Source: Naegleria gruberi (taxonomy: Eukaryota). Taken from it: a stretch of DNA of 64,000 nucleotides. The stretch is from the NCBI GenBank assembly GCA_000004985.1, contig GG738846.1. One strand, given 5' to 3'. A program made the translations under genes and the position numbers. The notes below the pieces were generated by a model. That model had not been told where the DNA came from. It made no database searches and was given only the letters and a program-made list of their open reading frames with translations. Below are positions 11,087 to 22,407 of this stretch, one piece after another (position 1 is the stretch's first letter; the number at the start of each line of letters is the position of its first letter).

Positions 11087-12052
11087 TTGATGGAGAGTAA
11101 TAGCAGAAAGATGCTGAGGGTTGAAAAGTTCATCTACAACAAATTCTTAATAAAAAAAATGTTGAATTTTAATTCTACTGTGGTCAATAATGAAATTATT
11201 CCTGCCGTTCAAAAGGTTGTACCAATAAAAGTGGCAGCCCCAAAACTTCCGAACGCTAAAATACGAGTTAGAATTTCTGATATTATCATTATTATTGGGT
11301 GGCTTGTTTGGATCGCCTTTTGTACATGGTATACATATACTGTCGTGGATAACTATCTTCAAATGCAAAATACTCCAACCACCTCTTTATCATTCAATGA
11401 GACAACAACCTTAGAGTTTCCGGCTATAACTATTTGTAACTATAATGGAAGAGCAGGAAGCTCTTGTCCAGAATGTGATCTGAACTTGGTGCGCATATTT
11501 CGATTAACAGTAACTGGAATAACTTCACCAATTACTGATGGAAACATTAGAGCTGAAAAAACTCAAGTTCTCGACAATGTATATTATTCATGTTACAAAA
11601 TTAATAATGATAAGAGTAACTTGTTTTTAGCAAAAAAGAAAGGTATTTCAGGCTCAATATCTTTTTTATTTGAAATACCAACAGGAAGTTCCTTGTCAAG
11701 AAATGGGTTGCAAGTGACATTCCATGAACCAGGAGCCACACCATCTATTTATCAAGAAACTCAATTCGCCGCCCCTGGAGTTGAAAATTACTTTTCCCTT
11801 ACAAAAGTTGTAAGAACTGTATTGGATATGAATTATGATACAAATTCTGCTGTGAGAAATGTTACTTTTGATTCAGTTGTTTCCACTATTGCTGTTACTG
11901 ATATTCCATCCAATAATGTTCTTGTAACTGTTACGTATGGTACTATGAGTGTGTATAATATCGATGAAGTTCTTACAAACACCATTCCTTCTTTATTGGG
12001 TGATGTTGCGGGTATGATTGGATTAGTAAGTAGTTTCAATTTAATTTTGTAA
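11087..12052 (+). CDS. ENaC/degenerin-like channel subunit with a small extracellular domain. A candidate 59-nt intron starts at 12024 (GTAAGT), and the 3' end, including TM2 somewhere between 12053 and about 12220, is unresolved.
   Basis: TM1 (IIIIIGWLVWIAFCTWYTYTV) is followed by the DEG/ENaC post-TM1 signature FPAITICN. There are several conserved Cys residues, and a pre-TM2-like LLGDVAGMIGL sits at the ORF end, immediately followed by GTAAGT. Downstream frames contain FGKSS.../...FLQLFEL pieces that resemble the G-x-S selectivity-filter TM2, but I could not join them cleanly. Confidence 0.4.
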   Translation: MMESNSRKMLRVEKFIYNKFLIKKMLNFNSTVVNNEIIPAVQKVVPIKVAAPKLPNAKIRVRISDIIIIIGWLVWIAFCTWYTYTVVDNYLQMQNTPTTSLSFNETTTLEFPAITICNYNGRAGSSCPECDLNLVRIFRLTVTGITSPITDGNIRAEKTQVLDNVYYSCYKINNDKSNLFLAKKKGISGSISFLFEIPTGSSLSRNGLQVTFHEPGATPSIYQETQFAAPGVENYFSLTKVVRTVLDMNYDTNSAVRNVTFDSVVSTIAVTDIPSNNVLVTVTYGTMSVYNIDEVLTNTIPSLLGDVAGMIGLVSSFNLIL

Positions 12053-12261
12053 TAATTTCAAAAATAATTTCTTGGAATAAATAGACAATGGGGCTAGATC
12101 TGCTCAAAATTTGTAGAGGTATTTTGGAAGTACCCTATGCTTTCCAAGCCAAAACTATTAAAAACATTTGGAAAATCTTCAACTAAAGTTTTTGGGGAAG
12201 TATTTGAAGCCGCGTTCTTGCAATTGTTCGAACTAAATTTTTAAATAATAAACGTTAAAAA

Positions 12262-13866
12262 ATGGCTCCAAATCATCACGTAAATAACAACAACAAAGGA
12301 ATCCTTCCTTTACAACCCAACAGAAGAAGGAAGCAAAGACTATTCAATGAAAGTGATGGCAGATTACAAGGTGCAACAAATCCGATTTTATCATTAACAA
12401 CAATTAATTCTGATATCGGTATGAAAATTGATTCGGAAAGGAACCAACATTTGGCCAATATTTCTCTCAATTCTGTATGTGAAAGCTTAAATATTCCAAT
12501 GGCAATGGTCGGTAGGTTTCTAAGACCTGAGGAAGCAAGAACCTTCGTTTCTTGTAATATTTGTGCACACAGATTAAATGTGTTGTGGGCCAGTATGATG
12601 AATATGATGGCCAACCTTTATACAAGTACCATGATTGTTCAAGAAAACTCTTTTGATATCCCAAGAATGTATCCAACCATTTCTCCCCTTGTTTATATTT
12701 CTCCATCAATCGTACTGTGTAAACTTTCAGCTAAACAATTATACAAACAAATAGTGGAAACTACTTTTCAAATTGATCAAACTTTAGAACGTCTTAATGA
12801 AGACAAGAAGGCAATGACAACTTTTGAAGAAACAAACCACTTTCTTATTTCTCAACTTGTGAGATATTGCGTTGAACTGGAGAGAGGATCAACTTTGAAT
12901 CAAAATATGAAGACTGTACTTATTAAGGAAAGAGAGTTCATTTCTCATTTTCAAAAAATGATAATCAAGAGATTGAATTTTATATTGTATGGTCTTGATT
13001 TGAAATCTATAGGAATCAAGTTATCAAATACAGATATTTTAGATTTCAGTTCCTCAATATTTGATGTATCAAAAATTTTTGACATTGAAATAATACCTGA
13101 AAAGCCAAAAGTAGGAAAAGTAGATTCTTCTGGGAAAAATCAAGATTTAGAGCTCAGTAATTCTAGTGATGGTAGTGGAAAAAGTGCCATTCTCATTACA
13201 AGCAATTCTCATAGAGAAGAGCTGAATGATGACGACAATCAAAAACAATGTACAGAAAAAGATTCTTTGTCAGGATTTATTCAAACCACCACTTCAGACA
13301 CAACAACCATCTCTAATATTCAAAATAACTTGAACAATGCTAAAAAGAATACAGACTTTTCTGTTGAAACTGTTGAGGAAAGAGGGGTTACTCTTACCCC
13401 TTCGAGCCCTCCTGTAAATATTCCAACCTCCTCTCTTTCACAACCAAAAACAACACCTATTCCCAAGTCAGATTGTAATTCTCATTTTAGAGATGATGAT
13501 ATTCCATTCACCGAAATTTCTAATTTTGTACAGGAAGATGCTGCAATTTTAATGAAAAGTGCAGCATCAGCCACAACTCCAATTATTAAGAAACCTTCAA
13601 GTAACCCAAAGAAAAGTATTCTCAAGCAATCCAAAACTATTCCAAAAAGACCACCTTCTCCACTGATTGATGGTTATGATAGTGAAGAAGAGCCTCTGAT
13701 TTCTGTTCATACATCTACCTTTAGTTCACTAAATAATAAGGATCACGAGAATGTTTTAAATTCTGATTCAGACGATATGAGTGATGATCTTTCAACATAT
13801 AGCGATATCACAAGAAACATTGGGATGCATAAGGATTATAATCCTACAAAAAAACAAAAATTGTAA
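12262..13866 (+). CDS. Hypothetical protein of 534 aa with an S/T/P-rich C-terminal half.
   Basis: A long ORF with an ATG in an A-rich context. The N-terminal half looks globular and the C-terminal half is low-complexity. No homolog recognised. Confidence 0.5.
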   Translation: MAPNHHVNNNNKGILPLQPNRRRKQRLFNESDGRLQGATNPILSLTTINSDIGMKIDSERNQHLANISLNSVCESLNIPMAMVGRFLRPEEARTFVSCNICAHRLNVLWASMMNMMANLYTSTMIVQENSFDIPRMYPTISPLVYISPSIVLCKLSAKQLYKQIVETTFQIDQTLERLNEDKKAMTTFEETNHFLISQLVRYCVELERGSTLNQNMKTVLIKEREFISHFQKMIIKRLNFILYGLDLKSIGIKLSNTDILDFSSSIFDVSKIFDIEIIPEKPKVGKVDSSGKNQDLELSNSSDGSGKSAILITSNSHREELNDDDNQKQCTEKDSLSGFIQTTTSDTTTISNIQNNLNNAKKNTDFSVETVEERGVTLTPSSPPVNIPTSSLSQPKTTPIPKSDCNSHFRDDDIPFTEISNFVQEDAAILMKSAASATTPIIKKPSSNPKKSILKQSKTIPKRPPSPLIDGYDSEEEPLISVHTSTFSSLNNKDHENVLNSDSDDMSDDLSTYSDITRNIGMHKDYNPTKKQKL

Positions 13867-13929
13867 ATTGATAAAATTTGTACCATTTTACAACAATTGC
13901 CAGCTAACTAAATCTTTCAATTAAAAAAA

Positions 13930-15453
13930 ATGATACAATGGCATCCATTAAAATCTATGATAGATAAAAACATCTCACAAATTGAACAAAAGAGACACGA
14001 CATAAATAATCAAATAGAAATTGACAGCTCCGATGAGACTGATGAAAATTCTTTGGGTACTCCTCTATTCGGAAATGTTCTCGTAGACTTTTTACTGATG
14101 ACTAACAATCAAAAAAATGTTTATGACGAATTTATATTAATGCTAAAGAAGCCCACACTACTGAATGAAGGTCTGGGAGATTATATTTTTATTCCATTCA
14201 TTTTTACTTTAGGTTTTAAATATCAGGAGATTATTATCTACTCCATTATTGAATTATTTTGTAAATTTAGGAAAAAATTAATTATTCAATTAATTGAAGA
14301 CTTTTTAAACTTCATGTCTCAAAGACCAAAAATTGATGCTTTGAAACAATTATTTAGAAAATTATGTTACAAAATTAATGATACAACTTTACTTGTAAAG
14401 TTTGATACGTATGAAAATATTAAAATAGGGAAATCAGAAGAACAATTAAAAGAGTTAGACATTTTTGGATTGTACAAAACTAAAACTATGAAAAGAAATA
14501 GTACCATGATGGAAGCAAGTGATCACCAACAGAAAACAACTCCTGAAGTAGAGTCAACTCTTCCAGAGCCATCACCAAAGAAATCTAAATTGATTGAGGA
14601 GGCTATTCCTCATACATCAATAGAATTATCATCAGACCAAAGAAAGGATATTTTGAAACTGAAGAAGCTTATTGAAAAAGCATCTAATCAAAAATCGATC
14701 AACATTCAATCAATACTATCAATTTTGAATAGTGCTCTCTGTCTTAAACAAATGGAAATGATATTTGAAGAATTGTCAATAGATAATCTCAATGATGGAT
14801 TGCTATTTCACATTATACAAGGTCTTTTTTCAAAAAGTGGACTAACAACTAATAATAACCATATTGACACATGTGATCAATGCTCCTCTATTATACAGCA
14901 TTTAATTCAACCAAAATTGATTAATATGAAGCAAAAGGCCTCTAGACATTTATTTTCAAGCATTCAACAAGTTTGTTGTAATCAAAAATTTAGTAATATG
15001 ATTATTGAACTAATAATTCTCAACCTTTTAAGAGAAAAATCATTATCTGTAGATCAAATTGAGATAATTACTAGAATATTAGATAAAATAATTGATGTTG
15101 AAGGGAAGGGGTATTTGTTCAAACTGATTATTGAAAATATTTCCAACAAACAAATCAAGTGGAATGAAGAAACAACCATTAATATTCTAAATAGGGTTAT
15201 GGAAACAAAAAATTTAATATCAAAAATTGATATTAATTTACTGGAGCAACTCATTACAGAATTTGAAGAGATTATTCCCCAATATTCGAAATCTTTAAAG
15301 TTTGCTCTTTTAGTTTCTAATTTTTTAACAATAGTTGGGCAAACACATATCATAAAGTCTCACTACCCATCAATCAAAGATATTATTGGACAACTAGACA
15401 ATAAGATGAAAGAGAATATTGAGAAAAAGTTTGAAAATTTTCAAACAAAGTGA
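13930..15453 (+). CDS. Hypothetical alpha-helical protein of 507 aa.
   Basis: A long ORF with an ATG in an A-rich context (aaaaaaaATG). Leu/Ile-rich helical repeats. No homolog recognised. Confidence 0.5.
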   Translation: MIQWHPLKSMIDKNISQIEQKRHDINNQIEIDSSDETDENSLGTPLFGNVLVDFLLMTNNQKNVYDEFILMLKKPTLLNEGLGDYIFIPFIFTLGFKYQEIIIYSIIELFCKFRKKLIIQLIEDFLNFMSQRPKIDALKQLFRKLCYKINDTTLLVKFDTYENIKIGKSEEQLKELDIFGLYKTKTMKRNSTMMEASDHQQKTTPEVESTLPEPSPKKSKLIEEAIPHTSIELSSDQRKDILKLKKLIEKASNQKSINIQSILSILNSALCLKQMEMIFEELSIDNLNDGLLFHIIQGLFSKSGLTTNNNHIDTCDQCSSIIQHLIQPKLINMKQKASRHLFSSIQQVCCNQKFSNMIIELIILNLLREKSLSVDQIEIITRILDKIIDVEGKGYLFKLIIENISNKQIKWNEETTINILNRVMETKNLISKIDINLLEQLITEFEEIIPQYSKSLKFALLVSNFLTIVGQTHIIKSHYPSIKDIIGQLDNKMKENIEKKFENFQTK

Positions 15454-15506
15454 CTTCCCGCCTTTTGTAGTTAAGTTGGTTCAAAAACAAGTACAAAAAA
15501 ATAAAG

Positions 15507-18500
15507 ATGGTACGTCTTTTGCATTTTAGCTTGTCTGATTTAAACCTCATACAATACGTTGATAAATATTGTATCCATTATTAATTGATCCGATCATTTT
15601 AGAAACAACTCTTCACTGTTACTCAAGAAACAAACGGCAGAGGACCTGTTGTTTTTAGCTGGCAGAAGAGTGGTAACTACCTTGCTTGTGTAGGTTCCTA
15701 CAGAAGAGTACATATTTTCGACAGGCAAGGAAATTTATATCATCAAATATCCTTAGAAGATTCTGGAAAAGTTATTGCTTTGGACTGGGATTATAGTGAT
15801 GAAACTCTTGCCATAATGCAAGAAGGTTCAAGTAAGGTACCTCTCTTTCATATTAATACAAAAAAGGAGGAAAATATTGAAACAAGTATGAAAGAGTTGA
15901 GTTTTATGAGGTGGGCCATTGCTGGACCTTACTTGGCTATCGGAAGTGTAAAAGGAACATTGCTAATCTACAATAAGAAAATTAGCAAGTACGTCCCTAT
16001 CAAGGGTAAACATACAAAAAAGATTACAACAGGTTCTTGGAATGCTCAAAATGTTCTTGCTCTTGGTTCTGAAGATATGCAAATAACTATCAGTGATATT
16101 AATGGTGACAATATCAAACAAAAACCAGCCAAATCTGAACCAAAAACAATGGAATTTTTGAGGGTAAAGAAGAGAAATTCAAAGGATACAACTGTTGCTG
16201 CAATAGTAGGAGGAAATTTTTGGATGTATGATTATGAAGATGAAACAGAACCGAAACCAACAGAACTTGGATTTAGTGATGATTATGGTAAAATGGTTTG
16301 CTTTAAATCATTTGGTGACGGATATTTGCTCCTTGGTTTCGATAAGGGTTATGTTGTGATTGCCTCAACACATGCTGAAGAAATTGGTAATGAAGTTAAT
16401 TCTTGTAAAGTCCATGATTCTGAATTGAAGAATATTACCTATTGTGATGCTTTGAAGAAGGGTGCCTCAATAGGAGAAAATTGTGTCAAAGTATTTGATT
16501 TATCAGATTTAGCAACATTTGATACAAACACTGTAGATAGATATGAATTAGACAATGAATATGGAGCTCTGAATAAGGTACAGTGGACAGAAGATGGACA
16601 AATATTGACAGTGTCCTCAAACAATGGTAATTTGTACAATTTTTTGACCAGTATTCCAGCATTGAACGACAACCATGGTAAAAATGTATTAATGTTAGTT
16701 TCTCTCAGAGAACTGATGATTAAGGATGAAGTTAATGAAAAAGTAGTTGCCAGGTTTTCAATTGATATTGAACCAAGTTTTGTGGCACTTGGTCCAGAAC
16801 ATGTTGCTGTTGGAATGAATAATAGAGTTTGGTATTATAGAGTTGAAAATAGTTCTGCAACATTAATATCCACAAGAGAATATTTAGGAACAGTTGAAAA
16901 AGTATTTGTTGGATTCGATTACGCTGCTGTATTGTCAGGTGGTAAGATTACGCTTCATCTTATTGAGAATACAGAAGATGAAAAATGGAAAGGAAGAGAA
17001 GAAAAACACTTTCCTGAAAAGGATGATGGGTCAGTTATTACAACGTTAACTATGGCTCCAGATTTCCTTATCTATGGAACATCTAGAGGCACAATATGTT
17101 ACTTTTCTCTGGATGATTGGTCAACAGTGAATGAGTTTAGACATGATGTTGGTATTTCTTCTGTATTTACTAATATTATTGGTACTAGATTGGTATTTAT
17201 TGATGAAACAAATGCAGGATTTTTATATAGTCCTGTGGATGATTCACTTGTGGGAATTGAGTCTTTCCCTAGCTCTGTTGATAAGGTGTTGTGGGATCAG
17301 GCAGATCAAAATGTATTCGTTGTTTGCGATAGTAAGAAGTTCACAACATATGTTTATAGTCACACAACAAGATGGGGTCCAAAAGTGTTCAGTGTTAAAT
17401 TAGATAGTGACACACCAACAAGAACAATTAGACCAGAAGGATTCATGCCAATATTTTTAAATAATGGAAAAGTTTGCTGCCAAATGAAAAATGGTTCAAT
17501 AGCCCACCTTATCTTGGCTTCTCATTCTGATTATGATTTGAAAACATTTGAAGATAAGAAGAGAGCATTTAACCAAGCAATTTCCTTGCTTAGATTAGAG
17601 GACGCCTGGGCTATTGCTCTCGATTTGAATCAAGAGGTTTTTTGGAATAGATTGAAGGATGTAGCTGTTGACAATTTGGAATTGGAATTAGCCATGAAGG
17701 TTTATAGATTGAAAGGAAACTCATCAATGGTTATGGCACTTAACGAGCTGATAAAATTAGATGAAATTAATTTGATAATTGGAAACCTGGCCATGATATC
17801 TGGTGATTTTACAGATGCAGAGTCAAAATTCCTTCAATCAACGCAACCAATCAAAGCTTTGGAAATGAGAAGGGATTTAATGAATTGGGATAGAGCTCTT
17901 CAACTTGCTCAAAATCTTGATCCCAACCAAATACCTGTAATTTCGAGGGAATACGCCAATCAGTTGGAACTTAAAGGAGAATATCAAAGAGCATACGATT
18001 TATATCAAAGAGCTGTATTAGACCCTAACCCAGAAAATAGTTCCCACAATCAAATATGTAATGAAGGTCTAACTAGAATAACAATCAGATTAGGTGATCT
18101 CAGAAAAGGATTCGAATTGGCAATGAAGAGTAAGAATAAGAAGCTCTGTAGAGAATGTGCTTTAATATTTGAGGAACTATCTCAGTTCGATGACGCTGCA
18201 GCTCTTTATGAAGAAGCAGAAATGTATGAAAAATCTGCAGAAGTGTATATTCAAAATAAGAGCTACACAAAGGTAACAAACTTGATGAAATCAAAGAATA
18301 TTATGAATCCTAGACTTCATCTCCAATTCGCCAAAGCAAAGGAATTAGAAGGAAAATATGAAGAGGCAGCAAATTCTTACGAAAAAGCAGGTGATATCAA
18401 CAGTGTTATTAATATTAATTTGAGATATTTGAATAATATTCCAAAGGCTATTGATCTGGTAAAGAAAACCAAATCAACTGATGGAGCCAATATGATTGCC

Positions 18501-19679
18501 AGCTATTGTAAAGAAAAAGGAAATTACAAGTCATCAATTGAATTCTTGATAATGGCTGAAAAAGTTGATGAAGCATTTGAAATTGCAAAGGCTCATGATG
18601 AAATGGACACTTATGCTAAAATTGTTGGTGAAGGAGCAGACAAGTCTGAATACTTGAGCATTGCTAAGTATTATGAGTCGAAAGTTGCCCTTGACAGAGC
18701 TGCTGATTATTATCTGAAATGTGAAGAGTACACTACCGCTCTTACTCTCTACATTCAGTGTTCATCTAGACTGAAACAAGACTCTAAAGAAATGGAAAAT
18801 GTTATTGACAAGGCAATTGATGTTGTTGCTGCTGCAAAGAATGACAATCTAACTCACTCCTTGATTGACTTCTTGATGGGTCAAGTTGATAATGTTCCAA
18901 AAGATCCAAAACATGTTTTCAGGCTCTATATGGCTCTTGGTAACTTTAAACAAGCTGCAAGTACCGCTCTAGTTATTGCCAAACAAGAACAAGAAATTGG
19001 TAATTATCAAATTGCACATTCAATCCTCTTTGATACAGTAAGACAATTAGAGAAAAAAGGTCATCACGTGCAATTTGAACTGAGAGAAAGTTTGAATTTA
19101 CTCCACTCCTACTTGATTGTAAAATACCTTTCGAAAATGCAAGAACAAACCATTGCCTCAAGAATGTTACTCCGTATTACTAAGAATATCAGCAAATTCC
19201 CTCATCACATTGTACCAATTTTAACTTCTTCAGTTTTGCTTTGTTACAGATCTGGTCTTAAAAAATCAGCTTTTGAAAATGCCACAGTTCTTGTTCGACC
19301 AGAGCATCAAAATTTGATACCAGCCGAAAAGAAAAAGACAATAGTACAACTTGTAAGAAAGCGAAAGGCTTATGAAGACGAACCTGAACCAACTTCAGGA
19401 TGCCCAATTTGTTCTGCTCCACTTTCAGACTCCTCATTATACTGTGAGCATTGTATGAATAATGTACCAATGTGTATTTCTTCTGGTTTACACATGGTTT
19501 TAGATGACTGGTGTCAATGTCCTCAATGTCAATTCTCCTCAAGACATTCTCACTTTATCAAAATGGTTGACAGCTTGGGCAATAAGTGTCCAATGTGTGC
19601 TCAGACAGTAAATCCAGAAAATGTAAACAAATTAACAATTGAACAAGCAAAGATTGTTGTAGACAAATATCTAAAATAA
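15507..19679 (+). CDS. WDR19: Intraflagellar transport protein 144 (IFT-A subunit WDR19). Exon 1 is the ATG alone (15507..15509). Intron 15510..15602 is 93 nt (GTACGT...TTTTAG). Exon 2 is 15603..19679.
   Basis: The spliced N-terminus MKQLFTVTQETNGRGPVVFSWQKSGNYLACVG... matches human WDR19 ([33 protein letters not shown]). Internal matches include EPSFVALGPEHVAVGMNNRVWYY and ISKFPHHIVPILTSSVLLCYRSGLKKSAF. The C-terminal Cys-rich zinc-finger-like tail is conserved. The protein is 1359 aa against 1342 aa in human. Confidence 0.85.
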
Positions 19680-19749
19680 ATACTTACAATTTAATATTAA
19701 ATTTCATTAAAATAGTTGAATTTAATTAGAAAAACGTTTCAAAAAAAAA

Positions 19750-22251
19750 ATGCCACCAAAAAAACGTGGAGAACTCTCATCAAAAGAGAGAGCAACAATT
19801 GCAAAGTCAACAAAGAGCATCAGTCTCGCATCTAACCCTTTCGAAAATATTCAACAAAGTAGAAAAAAGGCCATTATGGGAGCAAATAACACCCAAGTTC
19901 GACAAACAAGCAAGGCCAGATCAAATGACATCAACGTTAGAAAAGATACATTGCTGAAGGATTTTTGGAAGCAACAAAAACCTTCAAACAAATTTGTGGA
20001 TAAGAGACAATTAGCTTTTGATAAAACCCTCAACAAGGTGGATAAGAAGAGAAAGAAGTTTCAAATCGGAGATGATGATGAAGATGAAATGGATACTAAT
20101 TTAAAAAGAACAAAATTATCTTCATTCTCCACTCTAGGTGATATCGATGAAAGTATTGACAAGGAATTATTTAGGGATGATTACCAAACTGATGATATTG
20201 ATTCTAGATATAGTACAAAGGATGAAGTATCAGTCCTTAGAAATTTGAAAGGTATAGGAAGAGGAGAAGTTTCTTCAACCTTTGGTTTTGAACAACAAAT
20301 AGAGAGAAAATTATCCAAGAGAGAGAGAATGAATTTAAGAATTAGAGGATTTAAAGAACGTAAAATGGAACAAAAGATGGATAAGGAAGATAACTTGAAC
20401 ATGATAGAACTTTTGGATAACGATGAAGATCTTATGGAATTACTCAAATCTGATTCCACAAAGAAGGAAACCTCGAACACCAATAAGCAAGACACCAAAA
20501 AATCTCTCGATTATGATAAATTCTTGGACATGATCAAGAAGGGAGAAGATATTGATTTGACTTCTATTAGTGAAAAGAAGGAGGGTCAACAATTATTTGA
20601 AAAACAAACTAAACAGGAGGAAGGAGAAAGTTTAGAAGAGACTGAGTCAAGTGATGAAAAAGAAACTGAAGACACAAGTGAATCCTATGCACAAGATAGC
20701 TTCATAGATGATACTATTATGAGTGACGAAAATGAAGAAGAAAATGAAGACATTATCAGTGAAGAAAAGGACGAAAATAATGCTGAAGAAATCGAAGAAG
20801 ATTCTGCATCCTCCCAACCAGAGGAAGAAGACATTGAAAGTGAACAAGAAAATGATCAAGATGGTGAAAATTCCTATATCCAAGATAGTTTTATCAATGA
20901 TGAACCAATTTCTGGTGATGAAGAAGAGCAATTTGAAGAAGAAGAAGGTTTGGAAACAACAGAAAAAGATTTAGAAGAACTTTCACAATTAATTTCTAAC
21001 AATTCAGACAAGATACAAGAAAAATTGATTGAAACCATTGAAAAGAATGGACAGCCAGAAAATGAAAAACTATTCTTTACTATTGTCACGTTGTTGGTAG
21101 AGCAAGTAGGATTTGGAGAGTGGCTCTCCTCAAAGAGCAAAATTAATTTCAATCTATTGGTGAATGATCTTACTCAAGTTTTATTCAAATTAACTACCAA
21201 ACAGCCTAATACTGCCCATGATGTGTTCCACATGTTCTTATTGAGCACTTTCAATAAGTATGAAGTTTTAGAAGTTCCAAATTTGGGTGAATTAATTGTT
21301 TTAAAGATGATTACTACAGTCTATCCTCTTAAGGAAAGAATCGAAAGTCCAATACTTTCTCTCACCAATTTATTAATCCATCTCTATTTGGAAAAATCGA
21401 AACAATTCTTAACATCTCCCCTCAATATGCCAGCCATTCTCTTTTTAACATCTCTTTCAATCATTATTGACAAGGAATGCACTTTCTACTCCCCAGATGT
21501 TGTCAATACTCTCAAAGAAATTATAGCAAGAAGTGAAAAGAAACAAAAGAGTAACAAGAAAAAGACTGAGAAGAAGCCAAACTTGTTCAGATCAATTTAT
21601 GACTCAAATGAGGAATGTCAATGTTTTGAATGGGCAACACATTTGCTTTCCATCTATAGTCAACACTTGGAAAAGAATTTCTCAAAGAAAGTATCAACAA
21701 ATGATCACTTTAAGAAACTTTTGGATAGTGAAGGATTTTCCAGTATTAGTAGAGACCATATTGAAAACTTTAATATCATATTCGAGGGTATTAAATTGAA
21801 TGAAAAACCAATTCAAATCGATGAAGTTAAATCAGAAATTAATTACAAAACAAAGAAACCAAAAGCAATCGCTCAGTTTGAGCCACTCCTATTTGGTGAT
21901 AAGAATGGATCAATTGATTCCATGAAGAGTAAATACACTGATGAAAATCCTGAGCAAACTAAAATCAAGACATTAAAGAAGAAGATTGCAAAAGAAAAAC
22001 GTAAGGCCATATCAGAATTGAGAAAGGACAATCAATTTATCAGATCTGCCAGGGAACAAGTGGCAGCTGAAGAAGCACACCAAAGAAAGCAAAAGTATAA
22101 GAATGTCATTGATACTCTCAGAAGTGAAAGAATGGAACAAAATCAAATCGATAGAAAGAATAGAGATATTGAAAAGATGAAGAAGGATATGAGAACAACC
22201 AGAAAGAATGTCGGAAAACAATCAGTAAGTGCTGTTTCCAAAAATAAATAA
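19750..22251 (+). CDS. NOP14: Nucleolar protein Nop14 (SSU processome), intronless.
   Basis: The N-terminus has the NPFE motif (SLASNPFENI) and a basic K/R-rich region. The middle is acidic and Ser-rich. The C-terminus ELRKDNQFIRSAREQVAAEE matches the human NOP14 C-terminus (EIRKDNQFLARMQ...). Confidence 0.75.
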   Translation: MPPKKRGELSSKERATIAKSTKSISLASNPFENIQQSRKKAIMGANNTQVRQTSKARSNDINVRKDTLLKDFWKQQKPSNKFVDKRQLAFDKTLNKVDKKRKKFQIGDDDEDEMDTNLKRTKLSSFSTLGDIDESIDKELFRDDYQTDDIDSRYSTKDEVSVLRNLKGIGRGEVSSTFGFEQQIERKLSKRERMNLRIRGFKERKMEQKMDKEDNLNMIELLDNDEDLMELLKSDSTKKETSNTNKQDTKKSLDYDKFLDMIKKGEDIDLTSISEKKEGQQLFEKQTKQEEGESLEETESSDEKETEDTSESYAQDSFIDDTIMSDENEEENEDIISEEKDENNAEEIEEDSASSQPEEEDIESEQENDQDGENSYIQDSFINDEPISGDEEEQFEEEEGLETTEKDLEELSQLISNNSDKIQEKLIETIEKNGQPENEKLFFTIVTLLVEQVGFGEWLSSKSKINFNLLVNDLTQVLFKLTTKQPNTAHDVFHMFLLSTFNKYEVLEVPNLGELIVLKMITTVYPLKERIESPILSLTNLLIHLYLEKSKQFLTSPLNMPAILFLTSLSIIIDKECTFYSPDVVNTLKEIIARSEKKQKSNKKKTEKKPNLFRSIYDSNEECQCFEWATHLLSIYSQHLEKNFSKKVSTNDHFKKLLDSEGFSSISRDHIENFNIIFEGIKLNEKPIQIDEVKSEINYKTKKPKAIAQFEPLLFGDKNGSIDSMKSKYTDENPEQTKIKTLKKKIAKEKRKAISELRKDNQFIRSAREQVAAEEAHQRKQKYKNVIDTLRSERMEQNQIDRKNRDIEKMKKDMRTTRKNVGKQSVSAVSKNK

Positions 22252-22407
22252 AAATAAAGGAGTGTTTATTACTAAATAAGTAATACTTGAATTGCAGCCG
22301 ATTGTGAATTGTTTACATTGAGTAAGGTTTGAGGTTAAGAAGTGAGAGGCTGAAGACAAGTTTCCAAAATTAAAACAGTAAAGGTAAACATTAAAAATTA
22401 AATAAAA

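Noticed and set aside
12276-12709. Antisense ORFs of 60-125 aa that overlap long sense genes on the opposite strand, for example 12276..12614(-), 15054..15353(-), 31526..32210(+), 50902..51360(-) and 20647..21152(-).
   Set aside because: They lie inside well-supported genes on the other strand, have low-complexity or hydrophobic composition typical of antisense reading of AT-rich coding DNA, and often start at non-ATG codons.
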